In this document: positions 18,861 through 28,503 of the stretch, piece by piece
How the letters are laid out: each line of letters starts with the position of its first letter
How positions within the stretch are numbered: position 1 is the stretch's first letter
Assembly: GCA_963675525.2 (NCBI GenBank)
Contig: CAXXSL010000001.1
Coordinates: 274,755-338,754 of the forward strand
Direction of reading: 5' to 3'
DNA: 64,000 nt
Source of the DNA: Anaerohalosphaeraceae bacterium
GTDB taxonomy: Bacteria; Planctomycetota; Phycisphaerae; Sedimentisphaerales; Anaerohalosphaeraceae
Position numbers and translations under genes: made by a program
The notes under the pieces: generated by a model
What the model was told of the DNA's origin: nothing
The model's input: only the letters and a program-made list of their open reading frames with translations
Databases searched by the model: none

Positions 18861-18889
18861 TTGACGCAGAACCCCGTTAGGCGTAGTAT
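18861..18889 (+). promoter_or_regulatory. Sigma70-like promoter for argH
   Basis: TTGACG-N17-TAGTAT; a divergent TTGCGC-N18-TATAAT on the minus strand (18795-18824) precedes the ECF gene. Confidence 0.5.
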
Positions 18890-19028
18890 TTTGATAAGTT
18901 TCCCCCTTAAAGGGGGATAAGTTCCCGCGAGTAAAAGTTTTACGTACTGAATACGGATTTGGCCGCGCAGGGACTTAAGTTTGATTGTGAAAACCCTGTT
19001 GTTAATGACTTTGTGCGAGGGACATAAA

Positions 19029-20420
19029 ATGGCTAAGCAGGAAAAGAGCTGGGAAAAGCGGCTTTCGGGTTCGGTGGATGAACTGGCGGTGGATTTTGTC
19101 GAATCGCTGTCGGTAGACAGGCGGTTGTATAAGTATGACATCGCCGGGTCGATCGCGCATGCGGAGATGTTGGCGGCTGTGAAAATCATCACGAAGACCG
19201 AAGCGGCTGACATCAAGAAGGCTCTGCTGGAAATCGGCGAGGAGATTACTGCGGGCAAATTTAAGTTCGATAAGTCGCAGGAAGACATCCACATGGCGAT
19301 CGAGGCGGCGCTGGTTGCCAAGATCGGCGAGGCGGGTCAGAAACTGCATACGGGGCGCAGCCGGAATGACCAGGTGGCGACGGATATCCGGTTGTGGATG
19401 CGGGATGAGATCGAGATCCTGCTGACACGGACGACTCAACTGCAAATCGCGTTCGTTCGGTTGGCCGATAAATACACCGATGACATCATGCCGACCTATA
19501 CGCATCTTCAGCGGGCTCAGCCGGCGACGATCGCGTCGTATCTGCTGAGCTTTGTGGAAATGCTGGCGCGGGACTGGAGCCGGCTCAAGGACTGCCGGGA
19601 CCGGCTGAATGTTTGCCCGCTGGGCAGCGGGGCGGTGGCGGGGTCAACCTTGTCGCTGGACCGGGACATGACTGCGAAGAACCTGGGCTTTAAGGATATT
19701 ACCTATAACAGCATCGACGCGGTGTCGGACCGGGATTTCTGCGCGGAGTTTATTTTCTGCTGTTCGCTGATCGCGTCGCACTTGTCCCGGCTGGCGGAGG
19801 ACTGGATACTCTATACAACCGCCGAGTTTTCGTTTATTCGGACGGATGATGCCTACTGTACCAGTTCGAGCATGATGCCGCAGAAGCGAAATCCGGATAT
19901 GCTGGAGTTGATTCGGGGCAAGACGGGGACGGTGTACGGGGCGCTGGTGGCGATGCTGACGATTTTGAAGGCGCAGCCGTCGACGTATAACCGGGACCTG
20001 CAGGAGGATAAGATTCACGTGTTCGGTGCCGCCGATACAACGGATGCGTGTCTGCAGATGACAGCCGCGATTGTCAGCCATACGGTGTTTAACACCAAAC
20101 GAATTGCCGACGGGCTGGATGAGGGTTTTCTGGATGCGACGGCACTGGCCGAGTACCTGGTTCGAAAGGGCGTTCCCTTCCGGCAGGCACACGGGATTGT
20201 CGGCGGATTGGTCGCGCTGTGCGAGACCGAAGGCAAAAAGAAGCTGGGCGAGTTGTCGATTGAGCAGTTCAAGGCCGCCTGTGATAAAATCGAGGAGGAC
20301 GTTTTCGGGATACTCGACCCGGCGGGAGTCTGCCGGTCGTACCAGACCAAAGGCGCCGCGGGGCCGGAGAATGCCAAGGCGCAGATTGCTTACTGGAAGG
20401 ATAAGCTCAAGACACAATAA
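19029..20420 (+). CDS. argH: Argininosuccinate lyase
   Basis: HTGRSRNDQVATD, YTHLQRAQP, SSMMPQKRNPD, YNRDLQEDK. Confidence 0.98.
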   Translation: MAKQEKSWEKRLSGSVDELAVDFVESLSVDRRLYKYDIAGSIAHAEMLAAVKIITKTEAADIKKALLEIGEEITAGKFKFDKSQEDIHMAIEAALVAKIGEAGQKLHTGRSRNDQVATDIRLWMRDEIEILLTRTTQLQIAFVRLADKYTDDIMPTYTHLQRAQPATIASYLLSFVEMLARDWSRLKDCRDRLNVCPLGSGAVAGSTLSLDRDMTAKNLGFKDITYNSIDAVSDRDFCAEFIFCCSLIASHLSRLAEDWILYTTAEFSFIRTDDAYCTSSSMMPQKRNPDMLELIRGKTGTVYGALVAMLTILKAQPSTYNRDLQEDKIHVFGAADTTDACLQMTAAIVSHTVFNTKRIADGLDEGFLDATALAEYLVRKGVPFRQAHGIVGGLVALCETEGKKKLGELSIEQFKAACDKIEEDVFGILDPAGVCRSYQTKGAAGPENAKAQIAYWKDKLKTQ

Positions 20421-20460
20421 ATTAAAAATCAAAGTGCAAAAAAAATGACAGGTCAAAAAT

Positions 20461-20538
20461 AAAAGCCGAGCGACGTGAGTCGCCGGATGGGATACCCTGT
20501 GGCTGGCGTAATCGGGCGACTCACGTCGCCGCGCTTTT
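20461..20538. repeat. Inverted pair of REP-like units
   Basis: GCGACGTGAGTCGCC and its reverse complement form a long hairpin; right arm identical to 13201-13228. Confidence 0.75.
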
Positions 20539-20561
20539 ATTACCTAATTTTGATATTTGAT

Positions 20562-21476
20562 ATGTCCAATGAAGATGACATAACATCCTGGTTTGCTGAA
20601 CAGAGCAATGCTGATACACAGCGATTCCCCATCGGCATTGGCGATGATATGGCGCAGGTGCGGGCGGGGGATGACGGGACGGTGCTCATCACGACGGATA
20701 TGCTGCTGGACGGGGTGCATTTTGATTTATCGACGTGCACGCTGGAAGAGGCGTGTTATAAGGCGATGGCGGCCAGTTTGAGTGATTGTGCGGCGATGGC
20801 GACGATTCCGGTGTGTGCGGTCGTGGCGGTTGCGTTGCCGGTAGAGTTCGGGATCGAAGAACTCAAACGTATTCACGCCGGCGTTACGGAGGCGGGCGAG
20901 CGGTTTGACTGCATGCTGATCGGAGGCGATATTACCAAGTGGAAAGAGAAGTGCGAAAGTTTTGCGATTAACGTCGCGATGCTGAGCAAGCCCAGCGGCC
21001 ATCATCCCCCAGTGCGGCGCAGTGGGGCGAAAGTCGGCGATTGTTTATGTGTGACCGGTTCACTGGGCGGCTCGATGCACGGCAAGCACCTGCATTTTAC
21101 ACCGCGGGTTGCTGAGGCGCTGGCCATCACGAAAGCGGCCCGGATCCATGCGATGATGGATATCACCGATGGGCTCAGTGCCGACCTGAACCGTATTTGC
21201 ACCCAAAGCCATGTCGGGGCGATCATTGAAATGGAGAAACTGCCCGTTTCCGATGCGGCCAAAAAAACGGACGATCCGTTTTATGCCGTGTTCAATGACG
21301 GAGAGGATTTTGAACTGCTGTTTACGCTTACGCCGGAGGAGTTTGAAAAGCTGCCCAGACTGGACGGCCTTCGGATCACGCAGATCGGTACGATTACGGA
21401 GACGATGAAAATGCAGTCACTCTGGCACAATGGGCGGATCGTCGATATTGAAGCCGGGGGATATGACCACCTTTAA
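20562..21476 (+). CDS. thiL: Thiamine-monophosphate kinase
   Basis: [47 protein letters not shown]. Confidence 0.95.
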   Translation: MSNEDDITSWFAEQSNADTQRFPIGIGDDMAQVRAGDDGTVLITTDMLLDGVHFDLSTCTLEEACYKAMAASLSDCAAMATIPVCAVVAVALPVEFGIEELKRIHAGVTEAGERFDCMLIGGDITKWKEKCESFAINVAMLSKPSGHHPPVRRSGAKVGDCLCVTGSLGGSMHGKHLHFTPRVAEALAITKAARIHAMMDITDGLSADLNRICTQSHVGAIIEMEKLPVSDAAKKTDDPFYAVFNDGEDFELLFTLTPEEFEKLPRLDGLRITQIGTITETMKMQSLWHNGRIVDIEAGGYDHL

Positions 21477-21498
21477 AATGATTATTGATTAATGACTT

Positions 21499-21525
21499 GT
21501 CATGCCGGGCTTGACCCGGCATCCA
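21499..21525. repeat. GTCAT-type palindromic repeat
   Basis: GTCATGCCGGGCTTGACCCGGCATCCA hairpin. Confidence 0.65.
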
Positions 21526-21550
21526 GAGCATTTATAGAGTAGGTTTAGAC

Positions 21551-22018
21551 ATGAGCCAAAAAGATATTGAAATCATTACGAATAGTGCGGCCGAGACGGT
21601 GGGGCTGGGCGTGCAGATCGGGGTTTCGCTGAAGGGGGGCGAGGTGTTTGCGCTGATCGGCAATCTTGGGACCGGCAAGACGCATTTGATCAAGGGCATC
21701 TCGCTCGGGCTGGGGGCCCAGAACAGCGACCAGATCAGCAGTCCGACGTTTGTGCTGGTTAATGAATATTTCGGCCGGGCCGGATTGATCCACATCTATC
21801 ACATTGACGCCTATCGCATCGATTCGGTGGCCCAGTTCGAGGCGCTGGGGTTCGAGGAGTATTGCCGGCCCGACTCAGTGGTACTGGTCGAATGGGCCGA
21901 TAAAGTCCTCCCCGTGCTGGAGGGTTTTGAAACCATCCAATTGCATTTGGAGCATGTCAGCGAGAATCAGCGGAAAATCTGCATTCAAAATGCACCCACT
22001 TACCTTGCGATAAGTTAA
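21551..22018 (+). CDS. tsaE: tRNA threonylcarbamoyladenosine biosynthesis ATPase
   Basis: GNLGTGKT, SSPTFVLVNEY, HIDAYR, VEWAD. Confidence 0.96.
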   Translation: MSQKDIEIITNSAAETVGLGVQIGVSLKGGEVFALIGNLGTGKTHLIKGISLGLGAQNSDQISSPTFVLVNEYFGRAGLIHIYHIDAYRIDSVAQFEALGFEEYCRPDSVVLVEWADKVLPVLEGFETIQLHLEHVSENQRKICIQNAPTYLAIS

Positions 22019-22400
22019 AATTTGACATTCGGCTTTCGAACATCTTCATAACCTTTCTCTTAATCCTTCTTGTTGCAACATGGCCTGCCTGTTTATCGGG
22101 TGTTCTTCATATCTTTTCCCGCGGTAAAAATTTGCTTAATATTTAAGTTTTTTTACCCCATCGATTTGGCTTTGCCCCGTTTGTTTCTTATGTTTTTAGT
22201 GGAAAGTTAATTCTGATCTTTGACAAGCTAATATCGACCTGGCAACCTGATAAAGGATTATGAAATCGAAACTGATTTTAAAGATAGATTGCAGGTTCAA
22301 AATGATCGGCAGGACATATCATACGAGCGGCTCTCGAGCCGCAAAATAGACTGTAACATATGTCAGTGGATCGCGAAGGATCTGCAAGTGTTTAGTAGTG

Positions 22401-22427
22401 TAAAAGAAACGTAAACGAAACCGATAC
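22401..22427 (+). promoter_or_regulatory. Sigma28 (FliA/WhiG)-like promoter upstream of the major pilin
   Basis: TAAA-N15-ACCGATAC versus consensus TAAA-N15-GCCGATAA. Confidence 0.5.
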
Positions 22428-22465
22428 CTTAAACAGGCATGCAAAAATTTAGAAAGGGTAAGAAA

Positions 22466-22927
22466 ATGAGAAAGAACAAAGGTTTTACATTGGTGGAAAT
22501 TCTGATCGTTGTAGTCATCCTTGGTATTTTGGCCGCGATCGTCATTCCTCAGTTCAGTGACGCAAGCACGCAGTCCAAGGTCAGTAACATGCAGTCCAGT
22601 CTGCAGACCATGCGTTCGCAGATCTCACTGTACAAGATTCAGCACAATGATACGCCTCCTGCACTTGCAACATTTGAAGACCAGATGACACTCTTTACTG
22701 ATATTGCTGGCGGAACAAATGCTACAAGAGATGCGACTCACATCTATGGTCCTTACCTGCAGACTGTTCCCAACAATCCTTTCACCAACCTCAATACAGT
22801 AGTAGCTCCTGGTGCTGCTGCGGGTGCTGCCGGATGGGAATATGCAGTTGCTGCGGATCTTATAACCGCTACGATCAACGCTGCTGCTGATACCACTGCA
22901 GACAGTGCGGTACACATGGCTTACTAA
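22466..22927 (+). CDS. Major pilin/pseudopilin (type IV N-methylation motif, GspG/PilA-like)
   Basis: KG|FTLVEILIVVVILGILAAIVIP; GPYL..VP.NPF. Confidence 0.92.
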   Translation: MRKNKGFTLVEILIVVVILGILAAIVIPQFSDASTQSKVSNMQSSLQTMRSQISLYKIQHNDTPPALATFEDQMTLFTDIAGGTNATRDATHIYGPYLQTVPNNPFTNLNTVVAPGAAAGAAGWEYAVAADLITATINAAADTTADSAVHMAY

Positions 22928-22956
22928 TCAGCAAGCCAAACAAAGTTGCGATTGAC

Positions 22957-23000
22957 AGCCGGTTGGCTTCCGTTTTCCGGGGGGCCGGCCGGCTTTTTTT
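22957..23000 (+). terminator. Intrinsic terminator after the major pilin gene
   Basis: AGCCGGTTGGCTTCC...GGGGGCCGGCCGGCT followed by T-tract. Confidence 0.8.
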
Positions 23001-23076
23001 AGTGAATGAATCATGTGAATGAATAATAAATAATGCAAGAGAGTCAGCCCGGAGGGCTGTCGTTATAGCGAAAATT

Positions 23077-23145
23077 GTCATTCCCGCGAAAGCGGGAATC
23101 CAGGGGTTTAGCTTCACGCTGGATACCCGCCTGTGCGGGTATGAC
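23077..23145. repeat. Inverted pair of GTCATTCCCGCG-type palindromic repeats
   Basis: GTCATTCCCGCGAAAGCGGGAATCCA and TGGATACCCGCCTGTGCGGGTATGAC. Confidence 0.75.
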
Positions 23146-23226
23146 AGGGAGGGAAACAGGCAGGAGCCGGGACGGTTTTTAATAAGCAAATGATGTTTGT
23201 ATTGTAATAAGACAAGAGGCAATGCA

Positions 23227-23694
23227 ATGGAAAAGAGCGAGAAAAAAACAAAACTGACGCTTTGTGACTGGTGCGTGTTGATCGCGATCATCGGTCTGAT
23301 AGCGTCTGTTTCTCATCCGGCACTCTCCGGGGCCATGGAAGAGAAAAAACTTTCGGATATGGTGGATCGGCTTCAAATGATCCGTTCCCAGATACGGCTG
23401 TATCGGGTCGACCATGACGGCTTATATCCCGGGCAGAAAAATCGCGACGATTTGTCGGTAACGCCCGATGAGTTCGTGGCCGCCTTAGAACAGCAGCGAG
23501 TTGATAATACTGAACCCTATGTGCGGCAGTTCCCCGGCAATCCTTACGTGTCCGATCCTGTGGCCGGCGATGCGGTGACTTGTGTTAACGATCCCGCTGC
23601 CTTCCCCTTGGGAACCGAGGGCACCGGCTGGTGGTTTAACGCGGCGACGGGTGAGTTTTACGCCTGCGACTCCGAATTTCATACAAATTATTAA
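23227..23694 (+). CDS. Pilin-like paralog with degenerate processing motif
   Basis: LQMIRSQIRLY..DH, PY....PGNPY and GW similar to the major pilin; N-terminus KLTLCDWCVLIAIIGLIA lacks G-1, F1 and E5. Confidence 0.8.
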   Translation: MEKSEKKTKLTLCDWCVLIAIIGLIASVSHPALSGAMEEKKLSDMVDRLQMIRSQIRLYRVDHDGLYPGQKNRDDLSVTPDEFVAALEQQRVDNTEPYVRQFPGNPYVSDPVAGDAVTCVNDPAAFPLGTEGTGWWFNAATGEFYACDSEFHTNY

Positions 23695-23793
23695 ATTAGA
23701 CACTAAGGGTTTACCATAAAGAACATAAAGAACATGAAGTCTTTTAAATTAATTTCTCTTCATTTTCTTTATGTGCTTCAAGGTTAAAAATAG

Positions 23794-24213
23794 ATGTTGA
23801 GAAAACGACAACAATCCGGTTTTACGCTTTTAGAAGCGACGATGGCGATGGTGCTGTTGGCGATTGCGGCGGCGGGGATACTGCTGCCTTTTGCCAATGC
23901 TGCGTCCGTACAGGCCGAAGGGGCCAAACAGACGATGGCGGCTACCTTAGCATCGGAGCTGATGGAAAAGATATTGACAACGACTTACGCGGATATCATC
24001 ACAACCTATAACGGCTACAGCGAATCAGAGACAAGCTTGCTGGATGCGGCCGGGGTGGCACACAGCGGCTCGGCCTATTCGGGTTTCAGCCGGACCGTAA
24101 CATGCCAATCGGCGATGGTTGGGTCCGTAAATCTGGTTGTTGTCACGGTGACGGTATATTATGACGGCAGTAAGGTCACAAGTGTGACGACCTTGATCGG
24201 CGACCACCAATAA
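23794..24213 (+). CDS. Minor pilin (PilV/GspI-like)
   Basis: SG|FTLLEATMAMVLLAIAAAG. Confidence 0.85.
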   Translation: MLRKRQQSGFTLLEATMAMVLLAIAAAGILLPFANAASVQAEGAKQTMAATLASELMEKILTTTYADIITTYNGYSESETSLLDAAGVAHSGSAYSGFSRTVTCQSAMVGSVNLVVVTVTVYYDGSKVTSVTTLIGDHQ

Positions 24214-24244
24214 ATGTTAAATGTAGAATGGTGAGTGTAAAAGA

Positions 24245-24736
24245 ATGAAAAAACGACGACGACAATGTGCTGCGGGGTTTACGCTGGTGGAGTTGATGAT
24301 CGCTTTGCTGGTATCTTCTGTCATCTTGTCGGCTGTTGCTACGCTGGCTTATGCAACCGGATCTGCCAAGGAAGCAACCGATGAAATGGGGCGTGAGCAG
24401 TCTGTTCTGCGGCATGTCAATGTGCGTTTGACCGATTTGATCAAGCGTGCCGATGGAGTCGTATCCGCCTCTGACAGTGGATTTGAACTTTGGCACGATA
24501 TGAATTCTAATGGGGTTGTTGATGAGGGCGAATCGACACAGGTGACCCGTGACAGTGAGGGTGACATGATCATTATTAACGGGACCGAAACCTATACGCA
24601 ATGTGAGAATATAACATATCAGTATGACGATGTTGCTCCTAATACGCGATTTATAGCGATTTGGTTTGATTTGGATGAGAACGGCCAGACCCAGCGGCAT
24701 ACGATCAATGCGAAGCTGCGTGGTTCCGGCAATTAA
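24245..24736 (+). CDS. Minor pilin (PilW/GspJ-like)
   Basis: AG|FTLVELMIALLVSSVIL. Confidence 0.85.
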   Translation: MKKRRRQCAAGFTLVELMIALLVSSVILSAVATLAYATGSAKEATDEMGREQSVLRHVNVRLTDLIKRADGVVSASDSGFELWHDMNSNGVVDEGESTQVTRDSEGDMIIINGTETYTQCENITYQYDDVAPNTRFIAIWFDLDENGQTQRHTINAKLRGSGN

Positions 24737-24747
24737 AAAGTTCCAAC

Positions 24748-25212
24748 ATGAGACGAAAACGTACGACAATACGTTCACGCAAAGGCATGGCGATGCTGGT
24801 AGTCCTGTTCATCGTCATGGCCATCGCCATTATCTCATCGGGTTTCATTGCCCGCTCGGATGTGGCGCTGGCCTGTGGCCGGAATTTTTCCATTCGCAAT
24901 GAGGCGGACTATGCCGCATGGGGTGGTTTAGAGGTCGCATGGGCGCTGGTCCAGGACCCTAACTGTGTTCTTCCTTATAATAGCGGCGAACAGTCTGCCG
25001 ACTGGGGAGCCGAAACCAACAATCTGAAGTATGACTTAACAATCGATTCGCCTGTTGCCACAGCCGATCCCAATGTTGTTGTTCATTCGGTAATGTGTCA
25101 GGCTTACAAATCGGTTAACGGACAGCAGCGGGCCGCCAGCAGGTTGTATGGCGAATTGCTGTATGACAGTGGTTCCGACGTGAGGCGTTATATTTCGATT
25201 CGGCGGGAGTAA
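24748..25212 (+). CDS. Minor pilin (PilX/GspK-like)
   Basis: RKG|MAMLVVLFIV lacking E5, plus A.YAA.GGLE motif typical of the PilX N-terminus. Confidence 0.8.
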   Translation: MRRKRTTIRSRKGMAMLVVLFIVMAIAIISSGFIARSDVALACGRNFSIRNEADYAAWGGLEVAWALVQDPNCVLPYNSGEQSADWGAETNNLKYDLTIDSPVATADPNVVVHSVMCQAYKSVNGQQRAASRLYGELLYDSGSDVRRYISIRRE

Positions 25213-25572
25213 TGTCCGATAACTCAAATAAATTATGCTGACAGCAACAATAATAAATTGTTTTCACATGTCACATCCAAGCCGATGGCTGTATTGGTCC
25301 TACAGAGATTATACGGATTTTAGGGGTTGTGAAGGCTGCGATGCTTCGCCGTCGCCCTTATCAGCCTTTATATTGCAGTTTAGTGTGATTCTGTTGAATT
25401 TCACTTTTTCGTTATTTGTCAGCCCTGCTGTGACAGGGGGCGCATCTCCAGAAAATTCCCCGTCTTTCTAATTTCCATGATTTCGTCGATTAAGCCCGAG
25501 GTGGTTGATGACGACAATTGAATCGGGATTTGTGTCGAATCCCTGTGATAAGTATATGAAAAGAGATGAATT

Positions 25573-26109
25573 ATGACGATTTTAAAGAAAAAAGCGAAGC
25601 TTTCTGGTGGTTTTACCATGATCGAGATCATCATTGTGGTTGTCATCATTGGCATTGCCGCGATGATCGCGGTTCCCATGTTTTCCAGTGCGGCCGACAT
25701 GCAGGTGCGCGCTGCAGCCAATCGTATGGCTGCCGACCTGGATTATGCCAAGGGGATGGCGGTTACACATCAGAAAAACTACTCGGTGGTGTTTTATCCT
25801 AACAGCGAGTCGTATGACATCCGGGAAACTGCCACGAATACAATTATCGACAATCCCGTGCGTCCCGGCACACAGTATGTTGTTGATTTTCCATCGGATA
25901 GTAATTTCAGCCGGGTAAATATTGCCACCGCTGCGTTCAATACGGCCATGACCCAAACGATTACGTTTGATTATCTGGGCAGTCCTTACAGCGGTGCAGG
26001 AACTTCGACCCCTTTGAACAGCGGCGTTGTTACACTGCAGGCAGATGCATTTAACGTGACGGTAGATGTTGAACCCATGACGGGATATGTGACGATTTCA
26101 GGGCCCTAA
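25573..26109 (+). CDS. Minor pilin (FimT/GspH-like)
   Basis: GG|FTMIEIIIVVVIIGIAAMIAVP; ADLDYAKGMAV; ITFDYLGSP. Confidence 0.88.
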   Translation: MTILKKKAKLSGGFTMIEIIIVVVIIGIAAMIAVPMFSSAADMQVRAAANRMAADLDYAKGMAVTHQKNYSVVFYPNSESYDIRETATNTIIDNPVRPGTQYVVDFPSDSNFSRVNIATAAFNTAMTQTITFDYLGSPYSGAGTSTPLNSGVVTLQADAFNVTVDVEPMTGYVTISGP

Positions 26110-26152
26110 CCGGAATTTTAACGAGACAGAGATTTAGCAAGGTTCAAGTGAT

Positions 26153-27283
26153 ATGTTTGAGTTCTTGTTTAAACAAAGACCACAACCGATCGGATTGGAT
26201 GTCGGGCATTCGCTGATTAAGATGATACAGTTGAGCTGTTACAATCAGACCATTCGCGTGGAAGCGGCTGAGGAAGAAACAATCGACCGGAATCTGGAAC
26301 CGGGCTCAGAGTCGTGGCGCCGCCAGGTATCTGAGTCGTTGCAGAAGATGTATCGCGAGGGAGGATTTACGGGCAATGAGGTGATTACCTGTTTACCGAG
26401 TGATTTTGTTAAAATCAAGAGTCTTCGCCTGGATACGAGCGATCCCGAACAGATCGAGGAGATGATTCAGACGGAGGTGGCCCAGCGGTTCGGAATGGAT
26501 TCGCAGTGTGATGAAATTCGTTATATGGTTGCCGGAAACGTCTATCAGGGTGAAGAGATTAAAAATGAAGTGATCTTTTTCGGTATTGACCGTGAGCAGT
26601 TGGCAGCCCATATCCATTTGCTCGAAGAGGCGAATCTGATGCCGGTTTCGATTGATACGGTTCCCAATGCGTTGTTTCGCAGTTTTCAGGCAACGCTGCG
26701 TCGCCGCGAAGACCGCGAACTGGTCAGCGTTTTTGTGGATCTGGGATCGAAATACAGCACGGTGATTATCGGTAAAGGCCAGGGAATTGTTTTTGTCAAG
26801 CAGATTCCGATAGCAGGCGACCAGTTGAATGAGCAGGTGGCTTCAAGCCTTGGCATCAGTATGGAAGAGGCTGCTCAACTTCGCATTCGTCTGCATACGC
26901 CGGACGGCAGCGGGATTGACAAGGATACATCGCGTGCGATTATCGACGCCATGACCAGTTCGATTGAAGACCTTGCGCACGAAATATCGCTTTGCTTTAA
27001 GTATTACGCAGTGACCTTCCGCGGCCAGCGGCCTGCCGAAGCCGTGTTTGCCGGTGGTGAAGCCTATGAAGCGGTTTTGATGGATGCCATTCGCCGTCAC
27101 CTGGGAATGGATATCCGAATTGCCGAACCCTTACGCGGATATGATTTATCAAAGGCAAACTTTAACCGGCGGCGAAATCCCCAGATGTGCGAGTGGGCGG
27201 TGGCTGTTGGACTGGCACTCAAAGGAATGGAATTAGAGCAGGAAATGAACGAACAACCTGTCATAACGGCAAACGAGACATGA
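26153..27283 (+). CDS. pilM: Type IV pilus assembly protein PilM (actin-like)
   Basis: IGLDVGHSLIK, VDLGSKYS, FAGGEA, WAVAVGLALK. Confidence 0.88.
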   Translation: MFEFLFKQRPQPIGLDVGHSLIKMIQLSCYNQTIRVEAAEEETIDRNLEPGSESWRRQVSESLQKMYREGGFTGNEVITCLPSDFVKIKSLRLDTSDPEQIEEMIQTEVAQRFGMDSQCDEIRYMVAGNVYQGEEIKNEVIFFGIDREQLAAHIHLLEEANLMPVSIDTVPNALFRSFQATLRRREDRELVSVFVDLGSKYSTVIIGKGQGIVFVKQIPIAGDQLNEQVASSLGISMEEAAQLRIRLHTPDGSGIDKDTSRAIIDAMTSSIEDLAHEISLCFKYYAVTFRGQRPAEAVFAGGEAYEAVLMDAIRRHLGMDIRIAEPLRGYDLSKANFNRRRNPQMCEWAVAVGLALKGMELEQEMNEQPVITANET

Positions 27284-27942
27284 AAGAAATAGATTTTATC
27301 CCTGAATGGTACAAGGCGAACCGGAATCGCATGAAGCGATACCATCGCCAGTATATTCTGCTGGCGTCTCTGCTGGCGATCATGATGACCTGGAGCTTTG
27401 TCATCGGCGGGTACATCGAAAAGGTTCGTGCGGACGTCGAAGGTGTTCAGGCGGTCTTTGAAAAAGGAAAAGCGAAAGTTGATGAAGGCATCCAGCTTGA
27501 GGTTGAAATCGCCTGGCTGAACCGTCAGAAAAAGATTCTTGAGGCGGTGACGCCTCGTACGAATCTTTCGTATGTGATCGGGGAACTGTCTTACTTGATT
27601 CGGGATGACATTATTCTCAGTAAAGTGTTGCTGCGGAATGAAGCGATTCAAGTGTCGACATCGAAACAATCGACCGCAACGGGGTCGGTTGTGCAGATTG
27701 GCTCGACGGCAGGAATAAAAAAGGCCGGTTCGTTATCTCTTGAACCGATGCGGACGAAAGTGATTCTGACCGGGATCGCTGCCCGTCCGGCTGACGCGGC
27801 TATGCTGATTTCCCGGCTTGAACAGTCGGACTATTTTGAACAAGAGACATTGATGTATTCAAAACCGAAGAAGATTAATGAACATGATGTTACCGAATTC
27901 GAGATTCAATTTTTTGTCGCGGACTACAAGGTCCAAAATTAG
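27280..27942 (+). CDS. pilN: PilN-like inner-membrane alignment protein
   Basis: IDFIP N-terminal motif (INLLP-like), single TM, coiled coil; ATGA overlap with pilM. Confidence 0.78.
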   Translation: MKEIDFIPEWYKANRNRMKRYHRQYILLASLLAIMMTWSFVIGGYIEKVRADVEGVQAVFEKGKAKVDEGIQLEVEIAWLNRQKKILEAVTPRTNLSYVIGELSYLIRDDIILSKVLLRNEAIQVSTSKQSTATGSVVQIGSTAGIKKAGSLSLEPMRTKVILTGIAARPADAAMLISRLEQSDYFEQETLMYSKPKKINEHDVTEFEIQFFVADYKVQN

Positions 27943-27951
27943 GAATCAGCG

Positions 27952-28500
27952 ATGAAGCAGGTTGACAAACATCAAGCGATTATACTGGTACTCGCGGCCG
28001 TTGTTATGGTGGCTTTCGGAGTGTTCCGGTATATGCCGATTGTGAATAAAAAAATAGCGATGAAAGAGCAGATGGCCCAGCAGAGCCTGCCGATGGAACA
28101 GATTCAGGAATACAGCCAGCGGTTGCCGGAATTAAAGCTGCAGAAAAAAGCCCTGGAGGAAAATCAGCGGGAATATTTGACGAAAATCCCCGAAGGAAAA
28201 CAATTTGCACAATTGTGGCAGCATATTGCCGAGGCGATGAATGAATGCAGACTCGAAGATCAGATGGTACAGCCCGGAATCGAAGAAAAGTCTGCGGATG
28301 TGTGCTGTATTCCTTTGAAAATTGAGTGCCGGGGAACGCTGGAACAAATGTTTACGTTCCTGCAGAAGCTGGAGAAACTTGATCGGCTGGTCTGTTTCGA
28401 AGAGATCCAGTTGGAAAACAGCAGCGATTTCAGTGCCGTTATCAAGTTGAATGCAAAAGCGAAAGTCTATTATCAACCCGAAAAGGCGGATAACAGTTAA
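27952..28500 (+). CDS. pilO: PilO-like protein
   Basis: TM + coiled coil + G..EQMFTFLQKLEKLDRLV. Confidence 0.8.
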   Translation: MKQVDKHQAIILVLAAVVMVAFGVFRYMPIVNKKIAMKEQMAQQSLPMEQIQEYSQRLPELKLQKKALEENQREYLTKIPEGKQFAQLWQHIAEAMNECRLEDQMVQPGIEEKSADVCCIPLKIECRGTLEQMFTFLQKLEKLDRLVCFEEIQLENSSDFSAVIKLNAKAKVYYQPEKADNS

Positions 28501-28503
28501 GCG

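Noticed and set aside
18767..19321. N-terminal extension of the 359-aa ORF 18242-19321
   Set aside because: It is antisense to argH and spans the divergent promoter region; ECF homology starts only near the TTG at 18766, which has an RBS.
19644..20456. 270-aa minus-strand ORF
   Set aside because: Antisense shadow of argH in GC-rich coding sequence.
22020..22465. Known c-di-GMP riboswitch or sigma54 promoter before the pilin
   Set aside because: I could not match the GEMM-I/II consensus or a correctly spaced GG-N10-GC element by eye; kept only as an unassigned structured leader.
25235..25471. 78-aa ORF in the gap within the pilus cluster
   Set aside because: No RBS or motifs; more likely regulatory intergenic DNA.
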